A stretch of 64,000 nt of DNA from Lingula anatina (lineage: Eukaryota; Animalia; Brachiopoda), in NCBI GenBank assembly GCA_051362555.1, contig CM120641.1, positions 41,360,401 to 41,424,400 on the forward strand, given 5' to 3'. Shown in pieces: positions 1 through 14,177 of the stretch (position 1 is its first letter; each line of letters opens with the position of its first letter). The notes beneath the pieces are model-generated. The model was not told where the DNA came from, made no database searches, and worked only from the letters and a program-made list of their open reading frames with translations. A program made the translations under genes and the position numbers.

Positions 1-3000
1 ATACCCGACTTGTCAGTCAGATCCACCAGGTCCGGATCATAGGATTTAGCAAACCCATTAAAGGTAATGTTAACGCCATAACCACGCCTCTGCCTCGAGC
101 CCCCGAAAAGACTTACATGGAGGGGGGTTTGCACGATCTCTATCTCTACGGAATCCGAGTTCTCTATCCCGATTTCGCTGTCCATAGACACCTGGATGCT
201 GAAACGGTACCGTCCATATGCCAATCGTTTTACCTGTAACGCGTCTATGTATAAGGTACGGAGTTGAGTGGAGTTAACTGCGACACCCAGACTTTCGATG
301 GTGTTAGTGACATCTTCCCATGCAGAGTGATGAGTACTGAAATATTCAACCTTCCATTTAAAATGTGCAATATCAGTATTGGAACAGTTCAGGGTGACGT
401 CCGAATACACCCTTAAGGTTTCCGAACGCTTGTGTCTCTTAACGGAGGTATGGTTATTCACACAATCTAGGCCAACAGTACAACTGTTCAGACGAGTCAA
501 GTTCACTTTAGGGTCGTAGCACGGACCTCGTGTGACTTTGTATGTCATCTCACCTGAATACCTCGACACACGATTAACAATGCTAAGATGTGCATTATGC
601 GCTCCAAGGACCTGAAACACGACTGCAAACGACAACCTCCCCGTCAATTCTAATTCTGTGCTCGTCTTAGCTGTCCAGTGTTCCATATTATCAGGGAAGG
701 ACAGTTGGCATTGCGCCTCGTGGCCGATGAGAATGGCAGGTGGGGTTGCCCTGGGGTCTGGATATGTTACCTGGTAGCATGCGTCTGTCCCTACACTCCC
801 CATGTCGATGAAGAAAGGATGAGATACATTAATGGCACGGGCATTATCATCGTAAAATATAATGCCCCCAATGCTTCTCTGCATAACAACATAAGAAGAG
901 ATTATTTCGTTTCCAAACGGATTCGAAGCATTTAAGGTAACGGTGAAGTTGCCCGGGCTTTGGAATAAATGTTCAGTCGTCGACACTGATGAAGTGACCA
1001 AAGGGGTGTTGTCACCGAAGTTCCAAATGTACGTGACACCTGTCCCCGTCGTGTGGTTGACCACGAAAAGCACTTTCTTCTCCAGTGGGAAGTATCGCTG
1101 CTGGCTGCCGAATCCCGTCTGCTTATCTGTTTTATTCATGAAGAATACTGACTTTTCCAGTCCGGTGATTTCCTCGTAGATAACATGGACAAAGGAGTAC
1201 AGCTCTTTGGATACAAGGTTCGACACAACAACGGTAACGTTGTATGTGCCTGGGGTGGTGTAGGTGTGTGGGCCAAAACGAATACACTCTTTGACTGAGT
1301 CAGAGAGACTATGCTCTGAACAGGTCAGCAAAGTGCTCTCTGAAACGGTTCCGTCATCATAATCAATTACATACGATGCATTTGTCGGCAGCGTGGTTCC
1401 TGGTGGATAAGTCAAACTGAACGTTTTCTCGATTATTCTAGGATTTGCCTCCAGTGGAAGCAGCCCCATGCTTTTTCCACTTAATGAAAAGTCTTGCACC
1501 CCATGCTGCACGATAATCGTTCGGCCCGGAACGAGGGACGCTGTTGCAGAATCTATTGAATTTTCGCCCGTAACTGACGGACGAAACACACCGGGCTTTG
1601 AATACTGATGAGAGATTGTATTCTCTTCGTTTCTTGTTACATACGTGTTGCCGTTTGATGTTCCGTCACCGAAATCAAAGTTACAGTTCATCCTCGTTCC
1701 CCAGGTCTTTGTCACGATAAAAGTAGTGTTTTCGCCAACTGTGAGAAGCAAATTACTTGGTGTCAGTGCCAAGCCCTCAATTACTTCATCAACGACAACT
1801 ATCTTGGAAAATGACATTTTACCTACGTCGTTGGCAATGATGATGTTTGCGGAAAAAGTGCCAAAGCCGGTGTAGCTATGGGAAACATCAAACGTCGTTG
1901 AGCTGTCTATTTTTGTCACAAATGTACCATTATCTGACATAACTGTCAGCTCTTGAATTTCGGTCGAGTTGTCACCATAGTCAAAGCTGATGCTGGCGTT
2001 TGTTGGAATTTCAGAGTTGTTCCCAGAATAGATAACACTAAAAGTGACCAAACCATTACTTTCAAAAGGTATTGGGCGGGGGCTGTTAGTGGTGACGGTC
2101 AAACCGCGAACCAGGTTTTGCACAAATATCGGAATGACAACTGTTTCAGAGCTTACATCATTGCTGATGGTAAATGAAACTGGAATCATTCCAGGGGTTT
2201 CAAATGACCTGCTGACGTTGAAGGGAGTGTTGGCTGTCATTAGGTCTTTCTGATCAAGAACTTCTAACCCAGAACCAAAATCTGCTTCGATTGATATTCT
2301 GGAGCCAAGGTCCATACTAACGGTAAACTGGATCTGCGAACCTGACGGAATCAATGTAATTGTGGTTGTAACGCTTAGGTTGGTAATAGCGTAGTCTGCC
2401 CAAACCACAGTGTGTTGATATTGTACTGGACTAACCCAGTTATATGCTGAAACATTAACGTCATGACCACCAATAGCAGGTGCGAGAACGTTAAATGAAC
2501 CGGTTAGAGTCAAGGGGTTATAGTCATTTAAAGCTATAGGGTTTCCAAGAAACGTGCCGGCAAGTTCCACACCAGTTCCAGTACTTGCGGTGAACGTGAC
2601 TAGGCTGTTGTCGCCAAAACGTGCTGTGTTCGGGGTGTGAAGAGTGAAATTTGTTAATGGAATTTGAACCCTGGATAAGAGGGAGTCTGTCATAGCGTTT
2701 ATCAAGTTGTTGCCAGTTATGGTCACATTGTAAGTACCTGGTGCATTGTAGGTGTGGTTGACCATTAAACGCTGTGTTACAGCTAGAAGGAAAAAGAAAA
2801 TGTCAGTCAGTTTTGCACCACCATCAACATCACCTTTTTGGACACGGCAAGTGGCCGCTGAGACTCTAATGCAGTAAAATTATTTTGTTTTGTCTAACTG
2901 ATGTTACCAATTTACCAAGAAAAAGACAAGTCATATCACTTGGTTTTAGAAATAGGTTCCCCAATACTCATAATAAGCATGTCAATATTCAACCTTTATT

Positions 3001-6000
3001 TGTATTTGTAAAATCCTACCTATAATCCCAGATAGTCCAATTCGAAAATCTGCTCGGCCATTTGCAGCCGTTGGTCGGAACTTAACAAATCTGGCTATAG
3101 TCCAAGGTAGCTCGCGAGATATCACTCCATTACGGTCAGTGTTGCCGCATCCGGAGTTCGGACACTAAAATCAAACACGTCGAATACAAAAGCGTACTCA
3201 CACTAATTAAGCGTTTTCTCGTTGCAGTAAAATTTTATATGACTTATTTCAACCGTGTAGGTAAATAACCATATTTCTACAGAGGTATTCTTCAAAATCT
3301 TTTCAAGACATTCATATTTATATCTATTACTCTGATTTAGATCTGATGCAATAAGTACATATAATTGTTTTTATTCATTACTCAGACAATATTACCGTTC
3401 TTCGACAGGTATAATTATTTCTTTTGATTGCATAGACAATATTACTGTTCTGCTTGTTATGAGTAATATAAACAGGACGAAACTACAATAACTACTTTAG
3501 ATTCGTGTTTGCAAGGTTGCATTTTAACATAAGGATTATTATTATCCTCTTTTTGTTAATGAAACATTCAAAAATTAACTAAATAACTTTTCAAATATTA
3601 ATGTTCATATTGATGACACAATAAGTGTTTGTTTAATATCATGTATATTTGTCAGTCTCTTTTCAGTACCAATCTATAGAACAAAGAGAGTGAACATATT
3701 CCTTATCTCAACTCTCGCTGATAAATCTGTATATAACGAATAGAGATGATAAACTCCTCCTAGTCCTATTACTACGTTATTACTACTATTGCGAATTTTA
3801 AGGCTGTATTTTAACAAACAGATTGCGGCAATGGTGTGGACTAAATTACCATGCAGAGATATGCTTTAGCAACCTGTTCTCAAACATTATATTCATATTT
3901 ACCGAAATATTTGCTGGTTCCCATACTACTCCGTCTAGACTGGTGGAGAGAATGAAGTCTGTCACCCAGTTATCGAGGGAAGGGTTGCCTTGTAATTGTA
4001 TCCCCACAAGCTTGCTTATACTGGGCAGCCGGATCTGAAACAAAATTAGGAAAGAACGGAACAATATTACTGGATGGGTTAGATATTTACTTAAACACAC
4101 ACACACGCACACGCACACACACACACACACACACGCGCACACACAAGCTGCCATCAAAATTATATAGGCCTACCATTAGCGACTTAATTGGTTTATTTAA
4201 AAATGAATAAATAAACGTCTTGGCTTGCATTTAAAGAACATAAATTCTTTGCACATCCACATCATTATCAAAACTTCATGACAATCTCTCCATACCTTTA
4301 TCAAGTTGTTCAAACCATTCAATTCCTCGTACCTTGTATGTTAGGGAGGTAGCATCACTGATAGGTTGAGTGAACGATGGATCTCCGATCCTCGTCAAAT
4401 TGATGCCACTGTATTCGGTACCATTGTCTGAGAAGGAAACTTTGTCACTTGGCACCAAGGTCAGGAGATCTTTATGGAAACGTCGTCCTGAAAAGTAATG
4501 TGGGCGGAACAAGTCATTTTGCACACATATCAATATGAATGTTATCCCAAAATGGCCCCATGTGCATTTCACATTTTGTGCTATCTATCTCCTGTTATTA
4601 TGAGCACGTTTAATGTTATTTGTCAGAACGTGGTTGTTTTTAAACCTTGGCTTCTTGGCATCGATTTTTCTTCACAATTTCTGTTTATGCTTGGTTGTAA
4701 ACCTGAACACAATGTAAGTAAATATTTCTCTCTTTGCCACAAGTAGGATAAAATTGGCCAAGGAAATAATGTATCGGCAATTACAACATCGTATGGTAAA
4801 ACTTTTGAAAATCTTACACTGAGAAGAAAGGGCGTCTTTAGTAAGTAAAATATTCCAACATGATAAAGATGGGTAAATATAAGACATATAGTGCGTGGGA
4901 TGACATAACAGTATGTGAAATTGTTGATTCCTATGCTGGTTTCTTCATTCAACAGGATAAATGAGACCTTTTGTTCTCCAACATTTGGGGGTCTGTCAGG
5001 ACAAATTCTCCGGGGCATGCGACAACAGTTGCAAGTGGCCGCTAGTGGCTGAGGTGAGTACTCAGCCATTCACCTCTCTGCAGTGCATTATGCTTCTGCA
5101 GAAACGGCACGTAGACAAGGAGGCCTGTAGAACCTTTTCCTGAAGAACAGGACTTGAAAGAAGCCGATATACAAAACAATGACAACTAGCTGTTGAATAA
5201 AGAAACCACCACAGTAACCGAGCGTTCAACACAGCCGAATATGCATTCTTTAAGTAAAGGGTGTTTAAGTTTAACACTATGACTCACTATCGACTGTGTA
5301 TAGAGTGTTCTCTGGATCCGACTTGAGGAGCTTCATAGGGGAGTCCCACAACGACTCCCCGTACCAATTACACGCTAACGCCGTGGGTATTGTGATGAAG
5401 GCCAAGCAGTCCGCACCGGTCATCTCTGATACAACACATTCCTTGAAACATTGTTCTTCGTCGACACCGGCTACAAGGCACAATATCAGGAGCTTTGGTA
5501 ATTCTCGAATTTTTGTCAATTGAAATTCATTATGAATAAAGAGTATGATTAATATATAAATTAATGAATATCTAAAAAATCAAGTGAATGAATAAAGATA
5601 AATAAATGAAATAATTAATTGAAAGGATAAAATATATGCATATTCTATGAATAAAAAATATGGGGGGGGGCACAATATGATGAATATATCACAGTTCTCT
5701 AAATTATGATATCTAAAATACCAACTGAGATATATAATCTAATATATATATATATATGATCTTGATATCTGGAACTTTCAATAACAAAACTAATTTCAGT
5801 TATTAAATTTAAAAATCAAACTCAAGAACGTTCAAAGTCTCTTCAAACGCTTTTCCAAAAGTAATCAAATCGACTCATTCATGTTGACTCTAAATTTGTT
5901 CAATTCATAAAGACAGGTTCCAGGTGTTGTGTAGCTTACCGGTAGAATTGACGACAGCGGTGTTAATATCAAGTCCTGGGGAGCGGTGAAAGTGCCACAG

Positions 6001-6890
6001 AGCCGGAGGGTCAACTGGAATGGGAACAGTTCAATGACTGTAAATTTCAAAACATTATATCTCATAGATCCGGTGATTTGAAGAATCATTCTTTTTTCTA
6101 CACATTTTCTGTTATAGACAAACGTCGATTGGAGAGATCTTATAAAATACCATGAGACAAAATACATATCAACATAGAATACTAAGAGCAGTCACTATTT
6201 GTGCGAGTATGTGGTACATACATTTTATTAAAGATTCAGGGGAAAAGCAAAAAAAAGTGTTTACCTGCTACGTTGGCCTCCATTGCTTAAGCGCACATGA
6301 AAATATAAAATATAAAGGTTAAAATGAATTTCTCTTCTCATCTCTTCATATCAAACAATAGAGAAAAATAATAAATAAACAATGTGAGTTAGAAACTTAT
6401 TCCATGGTGTCCCAAACCACGTTTAGCGCAGTTCTAACAAAAACCAATCTAGTAGCTTGAGAAAATATGCGCCTCACTGCAGCACTCCTGTGACACACGT
6501 ATAGGCAGACAGTGATGGGCGGGAGTAAAAGAGGGATTGCAATCAAGGGCACGTCATTGGTCAAAAGTGTTCAAATTGCAGATGCAAACACTCCTTTCAC
6601 TATCAACAGTGAATTGTGCTTACCCAAGTTGCTGATGTTGTAACTCGACCCGTCACCAAAGTCGACTTGTAGCGCGACATCTGTGCCTAGCAAAATATGG
6701 AATAGAATCCTATTAGTACTGTGAAATAGTTGTTTTTTCAAAACAACAGTTAAGATCCGAGTATTCTGCTCTTTCATCAGTTTGGTGTCCATCAAGTCAC
6801 CTTCTTCAACCACGGAATTCCAATCATGCCTGACAATTTGAAGAAAGTATCAAACTTACCGAGTACAAGAAATAGCTGATGCCAATTTTA

Positions 6891-6938
<48 letters not shown>

Positions 6939-9900
6939 CAGGATTTTGAATCTTACCGATTTTCGATTTCATGAAAATATCAAAATACAATTTGAGAGTA
7001 TGCAGCGTGTAAGACACACCTTTTATATTAGTATTGCATAAAAATTATTACCGTTAAATGTTACAAACAATGGCTTATACTACTACTATTACTATTATCA
7101 TTACTACCAATGGCACCAACAGAGGACAAGAGTTTTGCCTACCTTGAGACAGACTGATAACAAAAGCAGTGGTTTCTCCGAACACGGTAGCTATTGGCTT
7201 ATCTAGATCAACATGAAGGTATTCAACAGCATCTTGAATCGTGATGGATTTCTGAAAAGAGCAGCAGCCAAGAACATGTGCTTTCTTTTACATATTTCGC
7301 GGGGTGTTTTACTCAACATTCCGCACTGGCAATCGCACCCACGCAGGTACGCGAGCGCGCGCGCGCACAAACACACACACACACACGAAAAGCTCGCTGC
7401 CAGCTTACCATCACCGTTTCGCTGCTGACTTCATTGGCGCCGTTCAGTGTGACATTATAGATTCCCGGCTGTGAATACAAGTGTGTCGTGTAGCGCGCTG
7501 TGGTCACAGTGTCAGGTGTGCCGTCACCCCAGTCCCACGTGTAAGTGACAGCGGTGCCGGGATGGGCCGGAATTGTTACACTGAGATGTTGGAACGTTTC
7601 ACCTGCAATAATGGCATATGTGCGGCAAATATTTAAGTTGAGAAAGAGGGAGAGAGAGAGAAATGACAGGTGTCGTTATACTCAAAAATAAAAAGCTCGG
7701 CCAACTCTATGTATTCAGATTTGTGATCACTTGATTAAGTTTCAAATTCTAGTAAATGAATTCAAAATCTTTACCGGCATCATCTGCGACGATGGACAAA
7801 TTGGCCACCGGGATGCGGACTGTGACTGTCGCGGTCAGATGTACTGAAGATATGCTGTTGTTTATAGAAGCACTGATGTTAACCTGGTTCGAATTCACCA
7901 TCGTGTATGAATGCGGTGCTCGAACATTCAAGGGTCTCACGGTGTACACCTTGAGCAACAACTTTCGAGTTACATTCCCGGTAACGTCCCCAGGTGTTAT
8001 CACGACTTGGCTGGAATTTCTATCGGTGAAATTTGTCAGTGATGTTGGGTCCTGAATAAAAACGCTGCCTTTATTAACACTCGCGTCCATGACAGCGATG
8101 CTACCCACGCCGTTGTCATTGGAAACAAATACTGCAGGGATGTCGCCTTTTTCAACCGCCACTTTCTCAAAATCTGTGACGTTCACCAGTTGCACCCCAG
8201 TTGCCTCAACGCCAAAGGAATATTCCTCCACCAGATAGTACGAAAGTGGCAGATAGCCATACGAGAAATCCTCATCGACGGCACCGGTTCCTCTCTGTGT
8301 GCACTTACGGTTGCCTAGATTGAAGGTTTTCCCGTTGCTGCACCGGGAGGTAGTCATAATGTCTGCCTGGGCTTTGCAGTTTGCCAACTCGGATATGCAG
8401 GCGTTTGCCTGGTAGCAGTAAACTGTGCCACTCCCACAGTATGGTCGGTATATCTTGAAATTAAAATTATATACAGATTTACCATAAAAAGCAGAGTTAT
8501 TTGAACTTCTTCACTGTTTTTTTAAATCTTAACATCTTCAAGGCCTAGATCTAATAGAACGTGTGACCATTATCAATTGGCCTCGGTTTGCACAATATTA
8601 GAATATTAAGAAGATTGATCCTATTTTATAATGCATATCTAGCTAAAAAAAACCCGACAAATTTATTTGTGAAAAAATAAACATTAACATTATAAAAATG
8701 TCATGTTATACCACTTTGCAAAATCAGGAGCTTAAAAATACAATAACAGCATGGGAATATCCTGGGGTGGGTAGAGGCGGGGTCTTGGAGCAAATCGACC
8801 ATGGAGATGCCGTAAAAACCATGGAGTCAACAAGCTATCCGAGGTTTACCTGTATGTTAACAGTTCCAGCAGTCTTCATGTTCATTTCAAAGGCAGTAAT
8901 TGTGCCATTGTCCCTAAACATTAGTTGGGGGAGCAGTAAGAGCCCTGGTTCCATTGCCAAGGTAGTGGCATCCCCAGATTCAATGCTCCCTAGAACTATT
9001 GTCTTGGTATCTGAAATTTGAGTAACACATTATTGAAGCCACTTTAGATTTTTTGCCTCGTCAGCTTGTTAACGGCAATACTTACTACGGCATTTCTCTA
9101 AAATGCGCCGTTTATTTAGTTCGATTAAAAAAATGATAATAAGGAGTTCCGGAATGATGACAGAAGCGCTATATATTGTCACTATCGTCTTTTACAATTA
9201 TGAATAAATATTGTTAACCCTCAACTTGCTCTAAACGCTGCACCTCTTCCGTCGTTACACCGCAAGTAAGCACAAACTGCCAGGGAAGTATACATGTATA
9301 ATAAAGCACTTACCAGGTAAACGAAAGGACGTCCTGGAACCGTCTCCAAAATTCACCAGAGCGTTCATGTTTGAACCTTGGCCAATTCTCAGGCGGCAAG
9401 AAAATTCCACATTCGACACATGTGTTGGGCAAATCAGCTCGGCGTTTTCTATGGCGTACTCCACTCTTGCCACGATGGCGCCCCGTAGAGTGGTCCCAAA
9501 GCTGTCCGTGGCAGTTACTGTAACCGGAATTTTTCCTGAAGCGACGCAAATATTCCTCATTACTTCAATTCAACCGAAATAAACAGAATGCGATGGCAAA
9601 GTGTATTTTTTGTTCCCTTTTGGCATATTTAAACAACATTTCGGTACAAAATAGAGCCCTTCATAGCTAAGACCCTTTTTTAGAACTTCATTCGGGTTTT
9701 CTGTTCAAAATGATCAAATTTGCGTTTGAATGGTACCTGGAAGTCGGAATTTATGTTGTTGAACACCCAGTTCTTCAAGATTGCGGATATTTGTCCCGTC
9801 GCCTATGACGAATGAGTAGCTATCGGCCGCACCGTTGCTGGTAACGAGAGCTGCTTCCAGAGAAGTCTCATTGTAAACTCTCCGGACGGTATCTGAAAAG

Positions 9901-12095
9901 AATTACACGGGCTTCAAAGAAGTGATTTTAAAATTTCAAAGATTTAAAAGAAAACATAGCATTTGACGTTTTATTGTGTAAAACGAAATTTCGATAATGA
10001 TAATGCGGCTATGAGAAAAATGGGGTATGTTGATAGAGGAAGATTTCGTCACTAAGGATAAGATTTATATCAAGTTTTTTCTAATTCGTGTAAGTGTGTG
10101 TATGTGTTATAATCATTCCTTTGCAATGATCATGAATAAACTAATAATTACACCAAATAATTGTTATGTTAAAAGATAGGGCATGATAGGAATGCAATAG
10201 TGTTGCGTAAGAATGAAAGATATTATCTCGAGGCGAAAAAATTATGGAAAGCACTGAATGAGTCCCCCTGAATTTCAGCGCTTAGAGTGTAAATGAGTGT
10301 GATTTCCGTTCCTTTTACCTAGTTTGGTGATTACGATACTGGTATAGCTCTCAGTCAACAGGTTCTTGGATCTGTAGACACTGATGACTTGGCTGTTTCC
10401 ACCACAAGCATCGTTCGAGTTTCCAGCGCAAACAGAACCACAATTGGTTGTAGCAGAAGGACCGTGGCGCCCAAAAGTCGCACCACAATAGCACTTCGTC
10501 CCCATGAATAAACCAGCGTATCTGATGGAAACAAACAAAAAAGTGTCAGACTTAAATGTTAACCCTGGAAGGCATGATTTCGATTTTTTTGTAATAGAAT
10601 TTTTAGTTCTAAATTCAGTTTCGACGTTCCTTGTATGCTCTTGCTTGTCGACAGACACTTTCTAAATTTATTAAGGACAGCCATGATGCTTCTCAAGAAA
10701 TGAAAAGACAGAAACACAATGGCCTCAGCATATACAACACTTAATCATTAATCATTCATGACTTCCATTAACGCAATACATATGTTTTCTCGATTTTGAT
10801 TTATTTACTCAGCTCGGCAAACCTGTCTCTTTCTCAGTCTTCGTCGATTGCAAACGGTAACGAGATTTAGTGCAAACACAAATATCGATTTCCCCAAAAT
10901 CATAATAAGCAAAAAATTGCTTCTCAACAAGTTGAAAGTAACGTACGCAGATCAGTTTCATGGAAAAAAGTCAATGACATGCATCTTCATTATGCTAGTC
11001 AACATATAGTTTTAATATTCTATAAAACGCAGAACACTCCATTAGGTGCGACTTCCTCTTGGGACAAACAAGTGAGACAGATGATGTCATGAATTTTTTC
11101 GAATCGATTTTTTGACGGATGTTTTAAAACCTTTTCGGTTCTCGTGGTATTGTACCCCTCGGCCGTTGACGAATTCACCGTAAAAAATCACGAGCAATTT
11201 GCCTGAGTGGGTTCGTGACCACCATCGATCTATTTTCCCATTATACAGCTCACTGAAAACCACCTTCTGTTTCAAATATTTACAGGAAATAGTTCAAACA
11301 TGTGACGTGTAACAAATAGAAATGGTCTGTTACCGAAATCGATTGAGTGCGCACAATCTGCGGCATTCCGTCGCCGTGAGTAGGGCTGGGGTGTACGTGC
11401 CCGGGGTTGCCACGAATTCTCTGTCCTTCACGCGCTCCTCAAAACAGCCTATGTAAGGTTCTGGAAAGATGAATTTCATCTATAAATTTGCTAAAGACTC
11501 TGTAATAATCGTTTTATAATGAAGACATCATGTCGCTATTAACTTGGAATTTACAGAGAGAGACCAAATACAGGCAAAATAGAAACTCACCAGCAACTAT
11601 GCCCTTGGCTTCCTGTGAATCCCAACCACGATTGCTGTAGTAAACCTCTTTCAGTTCCCCGTCAAATTGTCCCGCAAGTATCAGCTGGCTGCAAATTTGG
11701 GACTGAATCGCAATGGACGAATTCTCAAATGTCCAGTCGTCCAGGAGGATAGTAAGTCTGTGAAATGGAACGGAGTAAATATTAGATTGGTTTCACGAGT
11801 ATTTGGTATTCTAAAACCAACCGGAGACCCTTTTTTTATCGAACGCTTCACCAAAACATTTTTGCCATGATTCCCAAAGTCAATTTAGCCTTCTTATCCC
11901 TTTAAAGCAATGTATTCAAGCATTTTATTGTGTAATGGTTCCCAGTAAAAGCGATCAGGCGCAAAACTTACTTTTGTTTGAAATAAGAAAAACACTAAAA
12001 AGATGTTGATAAAAGTATAATGAAAACAGAAATAGCCATCTCCATTTTAAATCAAGAAATATTCGGGTTAATTATGGTTAAGATCCTTCGATAAG

Positions 12096-12142
<47 letters not shown>

Positions 12143-12302
12143 ATTTCACCATGTATGTTAGTAATATTTTGTTTCGTGTAGTAATGCTTTGGCCTGTACG
12201 TATTCATCAGCTCTGACTTGCTTACCCCTCAGTGTTGTATGTCACCACAACAGTGTGATCTATGAAATCATCTACCACTCGTGGTGTTGTCCCTGCAAGT
12301 AA

Positions 12303-12348
<46 letters not shown>

Positions 12349-14141
12349 GCGACAACAACAACAACAACAATAATAATGATGATGATGCTTAATTTGCTAA
12401 ATTCATGACAACAGTAAAATTAAACAACAGGGCGAGAAGATTATTCCTAGATAATATGTAACGCGCTTTTCAAAGTGCCTCATAAAATAGGGAGCTGGTG
12501 CTCCATATTTAGCAGAAACGTTGCCATGGCAACCACTTTAATGTAATAATTACTATAGCAAGTTATAGTAAACAAATATAGCATGCTTTAAATTCAGAAT
12601 GAATTAGTCTAGTCTGTGTGAGGGAATATTGGAAAATACGAGTAACTAAAAGCATATAAGTGTAAAAGTTAATCGTTTTTGATGGTGGGGGTCTTCAGAA
12701 ATTGGAATTTCTTCTAGGAATTTCGCCAAAAATGTCATTAAACACACGGCGCCAAACTTATAAAATGATGTTTTTTAAAAAAAATACTGTACCCACACAT
12801 CATATACAATGATGGAAAATCCATAATAATCTATCCTTCAAATTAGATGCCTATATCGCACATTTCGATTTTTCTACTGATGTTGCATTAATTGCGACAC
12901 AGTCAGTCCATTTGCGACTGTTTGCCATTTTTCTATATCAATCAAAGGCTGATGGAAAGTCGATTATAGCTTGTTAATTGCATTTGGTACATGTATCTCA
13001 GATATCAGTGTATGTTTGATGAACTCGTTAGTTCCTAAAGCAGAACAATTAAAAAAATACACATAGAAGCTTAATTTCATACAACACACCGATACGCACA
13101 TATGAATGGGCGAAAACACACACACACTACCACCCACACCCTCCAACACACTCGCGCTCGCGCTCACACACACACACACACACACACTGACACACGTATG
13201 CATATTCTGCATATTCATACCCACGAACACAGGCACGCAAACAAACATAACATTTATGCCGTTATATTATAATACACGCTGTGTTACACCCACACAGTCA
13301 ACCTACAGGTACCTTATTTCAAAACTAAATTATGAAAAGGAGATACATAGCAAAAACACACATTTGCGAAAGAGGTTTTTCTTTTTTATAGAAGGAGTTG
13401 GCTTTCACTCGAGATGGAAAGACTCAAATACACTAGTTTTGTTAATATTTAATATGGCGATAATGTTGAGTAACAATGTACATCGCCACGCCATAACATC
13501 CACACAATGAAATGCTAATGACATACTCCCTCTCTTTTAGACTCGATAATGGGTTTTTGTCACAACCAGCAACTTATCGTGAATAGGATTTTTGCCATGC
13601 ACGCCAATTTCCTGATTTTGCTTTTTAACAAACACTCTTTTTACATGGATTTAGCGAACTCTACACCAGTCAAACCCATTTAGGATCATAGCGGTGACGT
13701 CACTTGAGGCGAATCCGTGCAGTTTTAGAACCAGTGGCAAATTAAACAAAACATCGTAAGACCTATGATGGTTTGCACTTAAAGATATAATAGCAGTGAT
13801 CCCCTTAAATAAGATAGTGTGCCTGTTTTATACAGAAGGGTCGAATAGCTCATGTAAATTTTTTAGTGGACTGGAACCTGAATTGAAATGGGTTCTAGTA
13901 TTTAGTCTTGAAGTTAAGACAAACATTCGCTCTTAAGTTCCATTGCAAAACAAGTCTCGGGGGTCCAATTTCTCCAAGAGGACACTCCGTCACCAGCATA
14001 TCCATTAAGAAACTATTATATGGACACTAATGTCTGTATTCAAATCGAGCGGTACACCACATTGATACAGTCTTTGTCACTTCACTTTGACAACACCTTA
14101 TACGTTATAACGTTACAGGAGTATTAACTCCAGGCCCGTAG

Positions 14142-14177
<36 letters not shown>

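Noticed and set aside
678-2253. Plus-strand ORFs in the first 2.3 kb
   Set aside because: They are antisense shadows of the large minus-strand PKD/REJ exon (2782-<1).
6859-6875. Possible 16-nt micro-exon (CAG|...|GTAAGT on the minus strand) in the PKD1-like gene
   Set aside because: The flanking exons already join in phase (SQG|TDV), and inclusion would frameshift.
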